A stretch of DNA of 63,028 nucleotides, from positions 2,524 through 65,551 of the forward strand of contig CAZQMI010000001.1 of NCBI GenBank assembly GCA_964594475.1, written 5' to 3'. Shown here piece by piece: positions 53,510 through 63,028 of the stretch. Position numbers and translations under genes: made by a program. Numbering within the stretch: the stretch's first letter is position 1; each line of letters opens with the position of its first letter. The notes under the pieces were generated by a model. That model worked only from the letters and a program-made list of their open reading frames with translations, was not told the origin of the DNA and did no database searches. The stretch comes from an uncultured Thermoplasmatales archaeon (GTDB lineage: Archaea > Thermoplasmatota > E2 > DHVEG-1).

Positions 53510-56500
53510 TTACCGTACCAGAGGACGTCCAAGCAGATTTACCATTTGTGTGTGTAACTGTCTGGTTGCCTCACCGTTTTTCAATGCTGGACCTGCAACC
53601 AAACCCATAAACAATTCTTTGTTCTTCTCACCGATATTACCAACCAGTGTCCCGATTCGTCCGTTACCAGGAGCAGTGTTCGTTGGGTAAACTGGCATAC
53701 GACGTTTACCAAATAAACCATATAAAGGATCACTGGATGATATAATCGCATCATTACTGTTATCGTATATATAATTCAGCCCAGAAAGGCTAATATATTC
53801 ATTTGCCCTCGGTTTAGAATTAAGAGACAATGAAGAACCATCATGTGCATCAAAGGTAATCGGTACATACTCTTTGAATTTATCCCACGTTGGAAATAAA
53901 TCCCCTGGAGCAAAGAGGGGTTCTGTGGCTAATGAGAAATCAACACTATCTATGCTATAGTATTTGTTAAGCCACAAAGACGCAAAAACATCTCTGTATT
54001 CTCTCGGAAAGGTATTAGTCGCAGGCTTTCCAGAAAGACCAAGAGTACTCATTATACCTGTATCTGGAATGTACTTCAATAAGTATGTCAACGTCATATT
54101 TGGACTACTGCCACCGAGACGACTCCAATCCTGCTGAAGAGCACGAGCCTCGTAGTAGACCAACACGTCGTCATCAGCGGTCGGAGCAAAGTTCATTGTT
54201 CCGGTTGTGCTGTAAGCGCCTACAAGACTTGTGCCAGTGTTAGCAGTGTCCTGCATGGAGAGGACACAGTGTATAATTCTCCGATACGATCCGTCGTAAT
54301 CTACATACCATGCTTTATAAGCAGAGTCCTCTTTAATAACAGATAGGGCATAGGAGGGTCTGTTATCAGTGCCTTCATTCTGTTTATCAATAAAGATCTT
54401 AGGACGTGCCCAGTATTTACCGTCAGTAGAAAAGGTATACAGCAGGGACGTATGGCCAGCACTATTACTAACAATATACCACATTTTATATACAGATCCA
54501 TCTTTGATGACACGAGGACGTTGAGCGTTATTTGTATCATAAGTACCTTCAGAGCCACTATCGACAACCAGCTGGAAGTTAGACCAACTGATACCGTCAG
54601 ACGAATCAGCATAAAGTATTCTGTAACCACTACCGTCATTACCTGTATACCACATACGGTAAGTAGATCCGTCCTTGATTACTGTCGGATACATAGAATG
54701 GGTCGTATCATAGGTACCTTCTGAACTAATATCAACAACCATTTGAAAGCTAGACCAGGTAATACCATCACTGGACGTACAATAGATGACCCTAAAGTTA
54801 CCGCTTGCGTCTCTTCCGGAGTACCACATTTTGTACGTGGTTCCATCTTTGATAACAGAAGGACTATGAGCACTAAGCACATCATAAGTACCTTCAGAGC
54901 CACTATCGACAACCATCTGGTGATTAGTCCAGGTCAGACCATCAGAAGACTCTGCATACATTATACGCCAGTCAGAACCATCACTACCAGCATACCACAT
55001 CTTGTATGTGGAACCATCTTTGATGACAGAGGGTGACCAAACCAAATTAGTATCATAGGTACCTTCCTCATTGACACTTACCACTGCACCACGCTTTACA
55101 AACCCTGCAGTACAAGTAGCTTTGGTATGCGTATCAGGCACACCGGCATAGTTATCACCAACAGTAGGGTCAATGGGTGAACCAAACGGATGGAAGTCCT
55201 GCCCATCACCCGGAAGAACCTGCGTACCGTTGATGCGGAACTCGGTTCGCTTGATGCTGTTCAGACCATCGTACGCCGAAGAGTGGTCATCGTAAGGCAC
55301 ACGAGACAGGAAACCGGAGCCAGGCTGAAAGTACAGGTAAGAATTGATGTAGACAGCCTTGCCGGAATGGAGGTCGTAGCCTTCACCGACGTACTCAAGA
55401 TCACCAGCAGAACCACCTGTTCCCTGGCCAAAATCCGGGAACCTGTAGCCCACATAGTCTGCATTATTGACATTCCACGAAGCCGGACCGGTACCAGAAA
55501 CTTTATTCCAAGTACCAGTATTAGGTACAGTAGCTCCGGTGAAGTAACCACTATACCAAACCTCATTCGTAGCATCAGCAGGAGCACCGTTGACAGTTAC
55601 TTGAACACCGTTAGGTGCTTGGTAAACATCTCCGTTTCCTAAGGTTTGAGGTGATCCACTATTACCAAAACGCAAGTATGTTTCTTGCTCGATAACAGCA
55701 GAAATACTATCGCCAGTCAAACCAGAAAAGGTAGCAAAGACCTTCGTACCTTTTCCAATTCTATCCATACCACCTGCACCAGAAGCTGTATTATCTTCGT
55801 CGCCCCAGTAAAGATCCGGCGTACGACCAGACCACTGCGGACGATTACTGTTTGAACCATCGTTGGCTACAAGGTCCGTAGCGTCCATAGACAGGGTGTG
55901 CGTTGCAGACGTGTATGTAAACGGCTGTGTTGGTGTAACACCATCCGAACTTTCATTCGGGATGTAACCAAACAATGCCTGTTCACCTGGTTGGTCACTG
56001 TAGTAGTTACGCATACCGTCAGGTCTTGCATTAATGGTATTGTTACAAGACAGTCGAAGCACAACGTCCCAGCTTGAATCAAAGGAAGAGTTCTTGATAC
56101 CTTCAGCACGAAGCAACTTGGTGCCGTAGATATCCAGATCAGCAAATGCACCATTACCATCTGGGTCTTCTTTGTACTGCTCCCAACTGGTTTTGAGATC
56201 TGACTTCAACAGTTGCTGAAGTGTTTCTTCATAGATACTTTTCAGATCACTCCAACCATCCGGAGATACACGGTGACGAAGATCAACAATATCACGTTCA
56301 TTGACTTCATCATAATACAGATCGTCAGGTCGACCAGAAGTACCAGAACTGATAGAACCAGCACCGTTCATGTTGCCAGCCTTATCCCATGCAGTACTGT
56401 TACGGCGATGTACAGCACAGACAGGTATTGCGTAGGCAAACCCATCAAGAGAAAGACCAGAAATGGTAGACATCGCTGTAGAAGAATCAGTGTAACCGCC

Positions 56501-57673
56501 ACCCAGGAACATACCAGAATCAAGCTGAGTGGATCCCGGTACATCTGCACTACCTTGAGCGTATAAGATACCTTCCGCTCCGGTAGCTGCTCCTGCGGCC
56601 GGACGTGAAGCCAACTGTCCTTGTGGTCTGAAATAATTGCCAGATGAATCTTTGAGACCAGCTGTAACCAGATCATTGCCTCCAACAACTGAGGGATCAA
56701 CATCGCTCAACGGTACCAACCGCCAACGTACCTGAAAGAACTTGCCGTCGGATGTCATACCTACATTGTTTCTTTCATCCTTGACAAAGTCAGCAATATT
56801 GGTGTCATCAGCAGCCAGGTAATAACCATGCTCATCTGAAGAGGCAAGATACGCAGGATAGTTACCACCAGACTGATCAGTGTTGGCCAGTGTAAAGCTG
56901 GTACCACCCATAGTAACGGAAGACTCATCGAAGTTCACGTTACCAAACGGGAAGAAGACATCATCACTTGCGCCTGGTTCCACTTCTTCTTTCCAGGCTT
57001 CAAGAACAACCATGTCTTGACGAGCACCACTGGAAGGGGCGTCAGGAAGATTGATGATGTTGTTTGCGTATTTGGACGGACGGCTCTCAAGAGTAAGCGT
57101 ATAGCCGTTGACGTTCACCTTCATTGGGTTACTAACAAGATAAATATTGTTAGCGTCACCGGTCTCAACGCTGTCATGTGGACGTACGTTCAAAGAACCA
57201 CGTACTCTGTTTCGGTTGGCACTTTCATTGGCACCACCGGAATAAAGAGCGGAGTCAAGTTCTACAATTTCACCTACACTCATGTATCCATAAGTGGAGT
57301 CTTCTCCACCATACGGAGGCAACCAACCACTTGGACATTGTGCTCTGAACATTCTTGCACGAGACTCAAGTGAGGTAGCCGTTACCTGCTCAATCTCCGT
57401 AATGTCTGGAGCAGTTTTGAGTGTACCATCTTCATTGATTGAAACATCAAGTCGGCTGTCAAGATCAGCTACTGAACCACGTGCATCGTTCAGCCAATCT
57501 ATGACTGTATCCAACTTGCTTTCCAGAAGATTGTCACGGTGAGCTAAGTTCCGGTGCGGCCTGTTAGCATTGACGTAATAGACTGCGTCAGTAGCCACCA
57601 GGTAATCAATATCACCAGAATTATAGTCAACCGCACCCGCATCTGGTAGATTAGGTTTGGTAATGTCAGCCAT
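53510..57673 (-). CDS. Large tail fiber / tailspike with a five-blade Asp-box (BNR) beta-propeller domain
   Basis: 1387 aa. Five tandem ~58-aa units of EGTYD..SPSVIKDG(S/T)TYKMWY.G.DGS..RI.Y..SSDG(L/I)(T/S)W, where SxDGxxW is the Asp-box. AGAGGAGG SD. Confidence 0.8.
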   Translation of the reverse strand: MADITKPNLPDAGAVDYNSGDIDYLVATDAVYYVNANRPHRNLAHRDNLLESKLDTVIDWLNDARGSVADLDSRLDVSINEDGTLKTAPDITEIEQVTATSLESRARMFRAQCPSGWLPPYGGEDSTYGYMSVGEIVELDSALYSGGANESANRNRVRGSLNVRPHDSVETGDANNIYLVSNPMKVNVNGYTLTLESRPSKYANNIINLPDAPSSGARQDMVVLEAWKEEVEPGASDDVFFPFGNVNFDESSVTMGGTSFTLANTDQSGGNYPAYLASSDEHGYYLAADDTNIADFVKDERNNVGMTSDGKFFQVRWRLVPLSDVDPSVVGGNDLVTAGLKDSSGNYFRPQGQLASRPAAGAATGAEGILYAQGSADVPGSTQLDSGMFLGGGYTDSSTAMSTISGLSLDGFAYAIPVCAVHRRNSTAWDKAGNMNGAGSISSGTSGRPDDLYYDEVNERDIVDLRHRVSPDGWSDLKSIYEETLQQLLKSDLKTSWEQYKEDPDGNGAFADLDIYGTKLLRAEGIKNSSFDSSWDVVLRLSCNNTINARPDGMRNYYSDQPGEQALFGYIPNESSDGVTPTQPFTYTSATHTLSMDATDLVANDGSNSNRPQWSGRTPDLYWGDEDNTASGAGGMDRIGKGTKVFATFSGLTGDSISAVIEQETYLRFGNSGSPQTLGNGDVYQAPNGVQVTVNGAPADATNEVWYSGYFTGATVPNTGTWNKVSGTGPASWNVNNADYVGYRFPDFGQGTGGSAGDLEYVGEGYDLHSGKAVYINSYLYFQPGSGFLSRVPYDDHSSAYDGLNSIKRTEFRINGTQVLPGDGQDFHPFGSPIDPTVGDNYAGVPDTHTKATCTAGFVKRGAVVSVNEEGTYDTNLVWSPSVIKDGSTYKMWYAGSDGSDWRIMYAESSDGLTWTNHQMVVDSGSEGTYDVLSAHSPSVIKDGTTYKMWYSGRDASGNFRVIYCTSSDGITWSSFQMVVDISSEGTYDTTHSMYPTVIKDGSTYRMWYTGNDGSGYRILYADSSDGISWSNFQLVVDSGSEGTYDTNNAQRPRVIKDGSVYKMWYIVSNSAGHTSLLYTFSTDGKYWARPKIFIDKQNEGTDNRPSYALSVIKEDSAYKAWYVDYDGSYRRIIHCVLSMQDTANTGTSLVGAYSTTGTMNFAPTADDDVLVYYEARALQQDWSRLGGSSPNMTLTYLLKYIPDTGIMSTLGLSGKPATNTFPREYRDVFASLWLNKYYSIDSVDFSLATEPLFAPGDLFPTWDKFKEYVPITFDAHDGSSLSLNSKPRANEYISLSGLNYIYDNSNDAIISSSDPLYGLFGKRRMPVYPTNTAPGNGRIGTLVGNIGEKNKELFMGLVAGPALKNGEATRQLHTQMVNLLGRPLVR

Positions 57674-57849
57674 AACCTGATTCCTCCTCTAACAAAAAGT
57701 AAGTTCGAAGTCTTGAGCAGGGATGCCCACAGGTGTGATCCCAACTTTAACTACTACAAAAACAAAAACAGTTTTGTGCTGCGTATGTACGCAACATGAA
57801 GGGTCGGTAAAAATTACTTGTTTGGTAAAATGAAATTGAATTGGTAGGC

Positions 57850-59154
57850 TTAAGAACTCGCTTGTTTTGCTCTAAACGATTTGATTAAACTGTACTTATC
57901 CTTAGTATTATCGAAAATATCTTTATCTGACCAGACTTGAAATTCCCAACCTTTTGATTTACAAAATGCTTTCGCGAATGCAAATTTTGCTTGATTCTTT
58001 GGTGTATTGGTCTTTCTTCTTGGTTTGACCTCTACTACTATCTTCTGACCACCCCTTATAGTAACCAAGAGATCCGGCGTATACTCTTTATCTTCACCAT
58101 CTAGTTCATAGACAATTTGAAACGGTTGAGCTTCAAAGTCAACAACAGAATCATCTCCATCTAACTTAATAAATGCGCCGAGCTCAAGTGAAGAATCATG
58201 CCAGCATTCTCTACCTGTCTTTTCTGATGTATACCAGCCTCGAAGATATAGCTTAGACCCTCCGTGCTTTATCTTATCGCTCATCCGATCACGGCAGACT
58301 TGTTTACCTTCAGGTGTACTGTAGAATTCTTTCATTTTATCACGAGCACGAGCCTTCTTTTCTGGGTTATCCCAGTATTGTTCACGTGTCTTCTCGTATT
58401 GTTTCCTTCTACCCTCAGGTGTATTGTAAAAGACCCTTAATGACTTAGACAAGTTTGACAGAGCTTTTGGAGTGTGAGCTTGCGCAACTCTTTGTTCTGT
58501 TAGACCTTCAATTTCTTTGGCACCCAGCTTGCAGGCCTTGCTGTGCTTCTTTCTTGAATCTTTACTGAACATCGGTACGTCATTACCAAGACACCGACGG
58601 TAATAAGCTGGTGAAACAGAGTGGGCATGCATCAAGTGATACTCAATATGGTCAAAAGATTTACCACAAATCTGGCAAACTACTTTGTTACCTTCATAGA
58701 GTGAATAAGTTCTCTTAATCTTTATTTCGTTTTTGCACTCTTTTGAAGTAATTTTAATATCATGGGGTATAAAGTCCCTAAACTTACCATCAATAGCAAT
58801 CTTCCTTCGCTTCATTCTGAGTGATATTGATTCAGTTGGAGCCTCAAACTTGTCCTTGTATTCCTTGGTTGTTATATTATGGTCGGGTCTTCTAAGGTGT
58901 CCTCTTGTGGCTATTTTATCTAATGCTTCACCGCAGATTTGGCAAATTGCTTTTCCGTCTTTTGTGTAAAATCCTTTTCGTTTGTGCCCTTCTATCTCTT
59001 TTTGCAACGCTCTCTGTTTACGTAACCTTTTACGAGCAGCTTTATTTCTCTTCTTATGAATCAAGCCATTGTCATCAATTTTGCTCAACGGTGACAATGG
59101 CTTGAACTTGGACAAAATGCCCATGGTTCTTACTCTTAGAATAGGATTTTCCAT
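57850..59154 (-). CDS. Free-standing homing-endonuclease-like protein: two MucR/Ros-type zinc fingers, basic repeats and a TnsA-like PD-(D/E)XK nuclease
   Basis: ICQICGEALDKIATRGHLRRPDHNITTKEYKDKF; VCQICGKSFDHIEYHLMHAH; repeats FYNTPEGRRKQ and FYSTPEGKQ. C-terminus FEAQPFQIVYELDGEDKEYTPDLLVTIRGGQKIVVEVKPRRK. ATG 59124 is an alternative start. Confidence 0.6.
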   Translation of the reverse strand: MENPILRVRTMGILSKFKPLSPLSKIDDNGLIHKKRNKAARKRLRKQRALQKEIEGHKRKGFYTKDGKAICQICGEALDKIATRGHLRRPDHNITTKEYKDKFEAPTESISLRMKRRKIAIDGKFRDFIPHDIKITSKECKNEIKIKRTYSLYEGNKVVCQICGKSFDHIEYHLMHAHSVSPAYYRRCLGNDVPMFSKDSRKKHSKACKLGAKEIEGLTEQRVAQAHTPKALSNLSKSLRVFYNTPEGRRKQYEKTREQYWDNPEKKARARDKMKEFYSTPEGKQVCRDRMSDKIKHGGSKLYLRGWYTSEKTGRECWHDSSLELGAFIKLDGDDSVVDFEAQPFQIVYELDGEDKEYTPDLLVTIRGGQKIVVEVKPRRKTNTPKNQAKFAFAKAFCKSKGWEFQVWSDKDIFDNTKDKYSLIKSFRAKQASS

Positions 59155-59660
59155 TTAAACAGAAACGCAAAGTCACTGCTCTTGGTGATCAATCCGAATG
59201 TTTTCCGAGCGAAAAGAACATTGTCATCAGTCCAAAGACCGACTTCAGAAAGGCCCTGACCGTTTGCTTCACTCTCAGTCAGTTCTGATTCGAACCTAAC
59301 TGTGGTGGCATTCGGGAAGTCGTATGTTACTGTCTTTTTACCAGGAGGACTGATTTCACTGCTGAGACCAGTGTCACTTGAAGTCGGAGGTATAGGGTTG
59401 GAGGGATTCAATGGATCATGACCACCAGTACCCCAAGACATCTTGGTAACATAACGCTCGCCAGCTGCGTTAGAATCACCAGCAATAAGTCGGGACATGT
59501 TTTCTCGGGCAAGGTCCACTACCAAGTTACTATCGGCTGCTAAGACCTTCGTTTCCCCTGTGTGAACATTTTTGGCAATGATCTCTACCTCACCTTTCGG
59601 TTTGCGGAAGATGTCTCGAATACCCTTGCCTCTTTGTGGCTTCTTTGGTTTTTCGTTCAT
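59136..59660 (-). CDS. Hypothetical protein, probably virion-associated
   Basis: 174-aa ORF with an AGGAGA SD. No confident family call. Confidence 0.5.
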   Translation of the reverse strand: MNEKPKKPQRGKGIRDIFRKPKGEVEIIAKNVHTGETKVLAADSNLVVDLARENMSRLIAGDSNAAGERYVTKMSWGTGGHDPLNPSNPIPPTSSDTGLSSEISPPGKKTVTYDFPNATTVRFESELTESEANGQGLSEVGLWTDDNVLFARKTFGLITKSSDFAFLFKWKILF

Positions 59661-59674
59661 TTAGGTATCTCCTA

Positions 59675-59956
59675 TTATAAACCTACAACCGTCACTTTGT
59701 ACTGATTAGAAGACGGCACGTCGTTTGAATCAAAAGTTATCCTGACTTGATTGCCAGTACCATCTGGATCTTTTTCGATTTTGGGTGCGACAATGACTTT
59801 GGAACTGTTTTCTGAAACTTCCACCACACATTGGCTTGTATCTATGTCATCTGGTTCTAAGGTAAAGACGTAGCTGGTGCCATCGCCAATATCCTCTGAA
59901 TGAACCAGGGCGGCTTTTCTTAGCAATCTGGTAGTGCTTAAAACTCCTCCGACCAT
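59675..59956 (-). CDS. Hypothetical small protein
   Basis: I prefer ATG 59956 over the TTG at 59983. Confidence 0.4.
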   Translation of the reverse strand: MVGGVLSTTRLLRKAALVHSEDIGDGTSYVFTLEPDDIDTSQCVVEVSENSSKVIVAPKIEKDPDGTGNQVRITFDSNDVPSSNQYKVTVVGL

Positions 59957-60012
59957 CAACAATATCCTTGAATAATTTGACAATAAAAATTACAGTCTTG
60001 CTTGCTGCATCT

Positions 60013-61074
60013 CTATTTCTTATTAGAGTCAGCAATTTTTGAATAAAGTCTTCCTAATGAATTTACTGTCTCTTGGTAATCAAATGATTCTTTGGCTTGG
60101 TCACTTAGCTTCGTAGCAAGATCTTCCTTCTTATTCAAATCCTTCTTACACAACTCTAATGCTTTTTTAATATCCTGTGGGTTACTAAAATCAGCTGTAT
60201 AGTCAGTGTAAGTTTTTCCTTTCATCGTTATTACTGGAGTACCACAAGCTGCTGATTCCCTTACAATACGGCTTTCTTCTCTGACTGGTGAAACAACAAC
60301 ATCAAGGGCACGGTAAACTTTGTCCATACCAACTACTCTCTCATAGATGCCACCGACGAGACCCGGACATGTACGCTGTACAGCACAGATAGTTCTATCC
60401 CAAAGAACATCTCTTTTTTCTTCTCTTGGTATACTGAAAAAGTGTAGCCTTACATCATCGTTGTCTTCGTAAAACAGTCTAACACCTGAAATAACCCTGA
60501 ACGGATCCTTCCAATATGTTTCTCTCCAAGAATCACAGAACCCTATATTAAACTTACCAGGGTTCTTCAGTTCTATTGGCTCGCCTTCCATCTTATATTT
60601 TTCAAGATCAACACAAGAAGGTACATAGCTGACGTTATCTCCGAGGTAAGTCTTCCATACTTCAACGTGCCTTTCCCACAGTGTAACAAAGTGAACCTTC
60701 GGACTTTTATTCTGAGCATACAGTAACAGAGTTGAGAATCCCCTGTCACCTTTTTCATGTCCAAACACTTCGCTGTAAAATACATATTCAGGAGCTCCGT
60801 GTAACATACAGATGACAGGAGCTTTTCCAAATACCTCTTGCGGGATAACGCTGTGAAGTACATGTAAGTCAGCATTCTCAGACCACTTCAACGGCTTAAT
60901 ATCCACGCCTCGGTCTCTGGCAGCCGTTGTTGAAGGCTCACCATCTGGATACCAACTGGTGTCTATCAAGCAAGAATCATATCCGGCTTCAAGCTCAGCT
61001 GAACAAAGTTCTCTTGTTGTCTCATACATACCACTTTTGTTAGGACCTACGTAACAGAAATGAGCAATCTTCAT
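60013..61074 (-). CDS. Glycosyltransferase (GT-B fold, GT4-like)
   Basis: MKIAHFCYVGPNKSGMYETT N-terminus, and the C-terminal motif SPVREESRIVRESAACGTPVI. ATG 61074 follows GGTGGAG. Confidence 0.7.
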   Translation of the reverse strand: MKIAHFCYVGPNKSGMYETTRELCSAELEAGYDSCLIDTSWYPDGEPSTTAARDRGVDIKPLKWSENADLHVLHSVIPQEVFGKAPVICMLHGAPEYVFYSEVFGHEKGDRGFSTLLLYAQNKSPKVHFVTLWERHVEVWKTYLGDNVSYVPSCVDLEKYKMEGEPIELKNPGKFNIGFCDSWRETYWKDPFRVISGVRLFYEDNDDVRLHFFSIPREEKRDVLWDRTICAVQRTCPGLVGGIYERVVGMDKVYRALDVVVSPVREESRIVRESAACGTPVITMKGKTYTDYTADFSNPQDIKKALELCKKDLNKKEDLATKLSDQAKESFDYQETVNSLGRLYSKIADSNKK

Positions 61075-61123
61075 TGTCTCTCCACCTCTAACTTGGTTAT
61101 GGTTTTTAATCCGATCAGCACCA

Positions 61124-62221
61124 CTATTCAGACTTTGATTCTTCTTTTGCTGTCGCATTATTTTTCGTATCTTCTTTTCTTCTCTCATCTACTTTTACCT
61201 TAGAAGAGTTAATCTTTTCTTCCATGACCATCACCATACGTTCATAGATCCCTAAGTCACCGTATTTCTCTATAGCAAGATCTGAACGTTTCTTCGCCTC
61301 ACCTGTAATTTGACCTAATTCCGACAGTTCAACAACTCGCTCACAATTGTCAACAAACTCTCCCGCAGAGTTAAAGTGAAACGCAATCTCTGGAGGATAC
61401 ACAGCTTGAGAGCCTCTCCAATTATGTACGAATGCCAAACAGCCGGAACAAAGTCCCTCAGCAATAGACACGTGAGTGCCTTCCTCATTAGAGTTTGATA
61501 TGATAACATGCTCATCCTGCAAGAACTCTGGTACCTTGTCGTGTGGAAGAGGATCGTAAATAGTAACAACGTCCTCAAGTTTCCTATCCTCTATAAGATC
61601 CAAGCAGTTCTCATAATACTCAGCGTTACCATAACCAGACCACAATCCTTTATGACCTACAATATCGAGCTTGAACTTGTTGGGATGCATGAGATTGACA
61701 TCAAACATCATCTCAATTAAAGTATACTGACGCTTCTTAGGAACGAAGTTACCCAACATGCAGAGACGGAAGGGAGGTTTCCATCTTCTCTCTGTCCACA
61801 TAAACTTGTTGGTGTCTACAGTGTTCGTCTTGGCTATTACAACTTCCTTGGGTTTGCTCTTACCGCTTCTCTTGTGCATAAACTTATCTAACACATGAGG
61901 TGCAGAAGCAAACAATACGTCTACTTGATCCCACGGAAAGTTCTTATCTGATGTTAACTTATTGTATACTTCAATACGATGCAACCGAGAGAACACCGGC
62001 TTCTTGAATGCATTATTTCTCTGCAAGACTTCAGGTAACGGAGTTTGGCAAAAATCAATAAAGTATGCATCTGCCCACTGCAGAAGCCTCCCCATTTGAA
62101 ATCCATCTTCTCTCTGATTGCCTGTGTCTTTATAGTAAAGAAGCTGATGGCCTCTCTTGGTAAGGGCATCAGCTACAGGCTTAAAGAAAGATAAATTGAG
62201 ACTAAAAATTCCAAACTTCAT
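61124..62221 (-). CDS. Glycosyltransferase-like protein (GT-B type)
   Basis: MKFGIFSLN..., SNSNEEGTHVSIAEGLCSGCLAF (an E..G....EA...G-type motif). I prefer ATG 62221. Confidence 0.55.
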   Translation of the reverse strand: MKFGIFSLNLSFFKPVADALTKRGHQLLYYKDTGNQREDGFQMGRLLQWADAYFIDFCQTPLPEVLQRNNAFKKPVFSRLHRIEVYNKLTSDKNFPWDQVDVLFASAPHVLDKFMHKRSGKSKPKEVVIAKTNTVDTNKFMWTERRWKPPFRLCMLGNFVPKKRQYTLIEMMFDVNLMHPNKFKLDIVGHKGLWSGYGNAEYYENCLDLIEDRKLEDVVTIYDPLPHDKVPEFLQDEHVIISNSNEEGTHVSIAEGLCSGCLAFVHNWRGSQAVYPPEIAFHFNSAGEFVDNCERVVELSELGQITGEAKKRSDLAIEKYGDLGIYERMVMVMEEKINSSKVKVDERRKEDTKNNATAKEESKSE

Positions 62222-62255
62222 TCCACCTACCTCCACCAAAAAGTTAGACTGAGAT

Positions 62256-62287
62256 AAAAATCAGGCTGAGCCTAAGCCCAGCCTGAT
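62256..62287 (-). terminator. Rho-independent terminator
   Basis: 9-bp stem ATCAGGCTG/CAGCCTGAT. On the minus strand it is followed by TTTTTAT. Confidence 0.7.
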
Positions 62288-62447
62288 TAAAAACAATACT
62301 TCTCAACTGGCTTCATGAACAACTTCTGACTAACTGATGGCCGATACAAGCCAACATAGCCGAAGTTGGCCGGTACCGCTAACCAAAGGTTAGATCCAGT
62401 CTATTGAAGTACAGAGACTTGGTGCCATCATACGTTAGCCCCGTACT

Positions 62448-63028
62448 TCAAATCTCGTAGGCTACTGTAATGCTGGAACCAACATAACCTTTACAGGTTA
62501 ATGTATCACCAACATTATCCACCTTACCTACAAGCATGACTGTAAAAGGAAGTGTGTTCATTTCGGTCAGTTTTATCTGACCAGAACGCCATCTTCCCTG
62601 CTTTGTGCTGCCTTCACTGAGCTCATCGGTAAGATCCGCTGAGCCTGTGAGAGTAGCACTGGTACCAGAAACAACAGCCCACTTGGATTTACCAGTGTCG
62701 CCATTACCACCAGATACTTGGCCATTCCAGCCGATGTCTACGTAAGTAAACCGTACTGTTTTGGTATCCGATTCAGGTGACGTGATACTCTTTGATGCCA
62801 TAATGGCAGTATCATTGTAAGCCGTCTGAGTTGAATCAGTCGTATCTTCTTCATCCTCAGAGTTACCATCACCAGTCAGAGTACCAGTGGTCTTATCAAA
62901 GAGCACTTCGTCAAACTGCGCTACCTGTATAGAACCGCCTCCGGATGCAATAGTATCAACTTTCGAATCCAGAGTATTCAAGAGATCTTCGTTTGTATCA
63001 TTCTGAGATTCAACCGTGTCAGTATATC
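62448..63028 (-). CDS. Hypothetical structural-like protein. The 5' end probably lies beyond the window.
   Basis: The reading frame stays open upstream of the track's TTG (62981) to the window edge (...YTDTVESQNDTNEDLLNTLDSK...). It is followed by hairpins and a terminator. Confidence 0.5.
   Translation of the reverse strand, partial: YTDTVESQNDTNEDLLNTLDSKVDTIASGGGSIQVAQFDEVLFDKTTGTLTGDGNSEDEEDTTDSTQTAYNDTAIMASKSITSPESDTKTVRFTYVDIGWNGQVSGGNGDTGKSKWAVVSGTSATLTGSADLTDELSEGSTKQGRWRSGQIKLTEMNTLPFTVMLVGKVDNVGDTLTCKGYVGSSITVAYEI

Overview
This window is a gene-dense segment of a large tailed dsDNA phage genome, not a bacterial chromosome. About 95% of it is coding, and nearly all genes are on the minus strand. 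The exception is a small plus-strand island at 46.9-48.5 kb. I found no rRNA, tRNA, CRISPR array or integrase.

Gene content, read along the minus strand from high to low coordinates:
- Structural genes, two glycosyltransferases and tail fibers (63-51 kb). One is a 1387-aa fiber with a five-blade Asp-box propeller.
- A membrane-protein cluster that contains an orphan response-regulator receiver (51-48.5 kb).
- SF2 helicase, DnaB-like helicase and a Zn-ribbon/TOPRIM primase (45.5-40.4 kb).
- About 1 kb of non-coding, repeat-rich sequence (39.4-40.4 kb).
- A GC-richer block with NAD-dependent ligase, a RavA/ViaA-like AAA+/VWA pair and many small basic proteins (39.4-29.9 kb).
- A translationally coupled nucleotide operon: ThyA-like pyrimidine hydroxymethylase, SHMT, YfbR-like HD nucleotidase, an ATP-grasp-like protein, and a family-4 UDG fused to PolA (24.6-17.9 kb).
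- A T4-style recombination set: gp32-like SSB, a UvsY-like candidate, RecA/UvsX-like, FEN, gp46/47-like SbcCD and RuvC (17.8-9.0 kb).
- Class II ribonucleotide reductase, three sigma-like factors, and a terminase-like ATPase gene.

Main leads:
1. The terminase-like gene appears to be split by a split-intein N-fragment followed by a free-standing endonuclease gene.
2. The hydroxymethylase/SHMT/HD/UDG-PolA operon suggests non-canonical, hmU-type DNA.
3. Many unrelated DNA-metabolism enzymes carry lysine-rich terminal tails.
4. There are histone-H1-like and bipolar acidic/basic proteins, plus two HU-family genes.
5. Two repeat-rich non-coding regions are candidates for structured RNA or replication origins.
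6. Eight genes in the GC-richer block share a conserved TGTGAGGAGG leader motif.

All functional calls come from motif recognition by eye. No database search was run.
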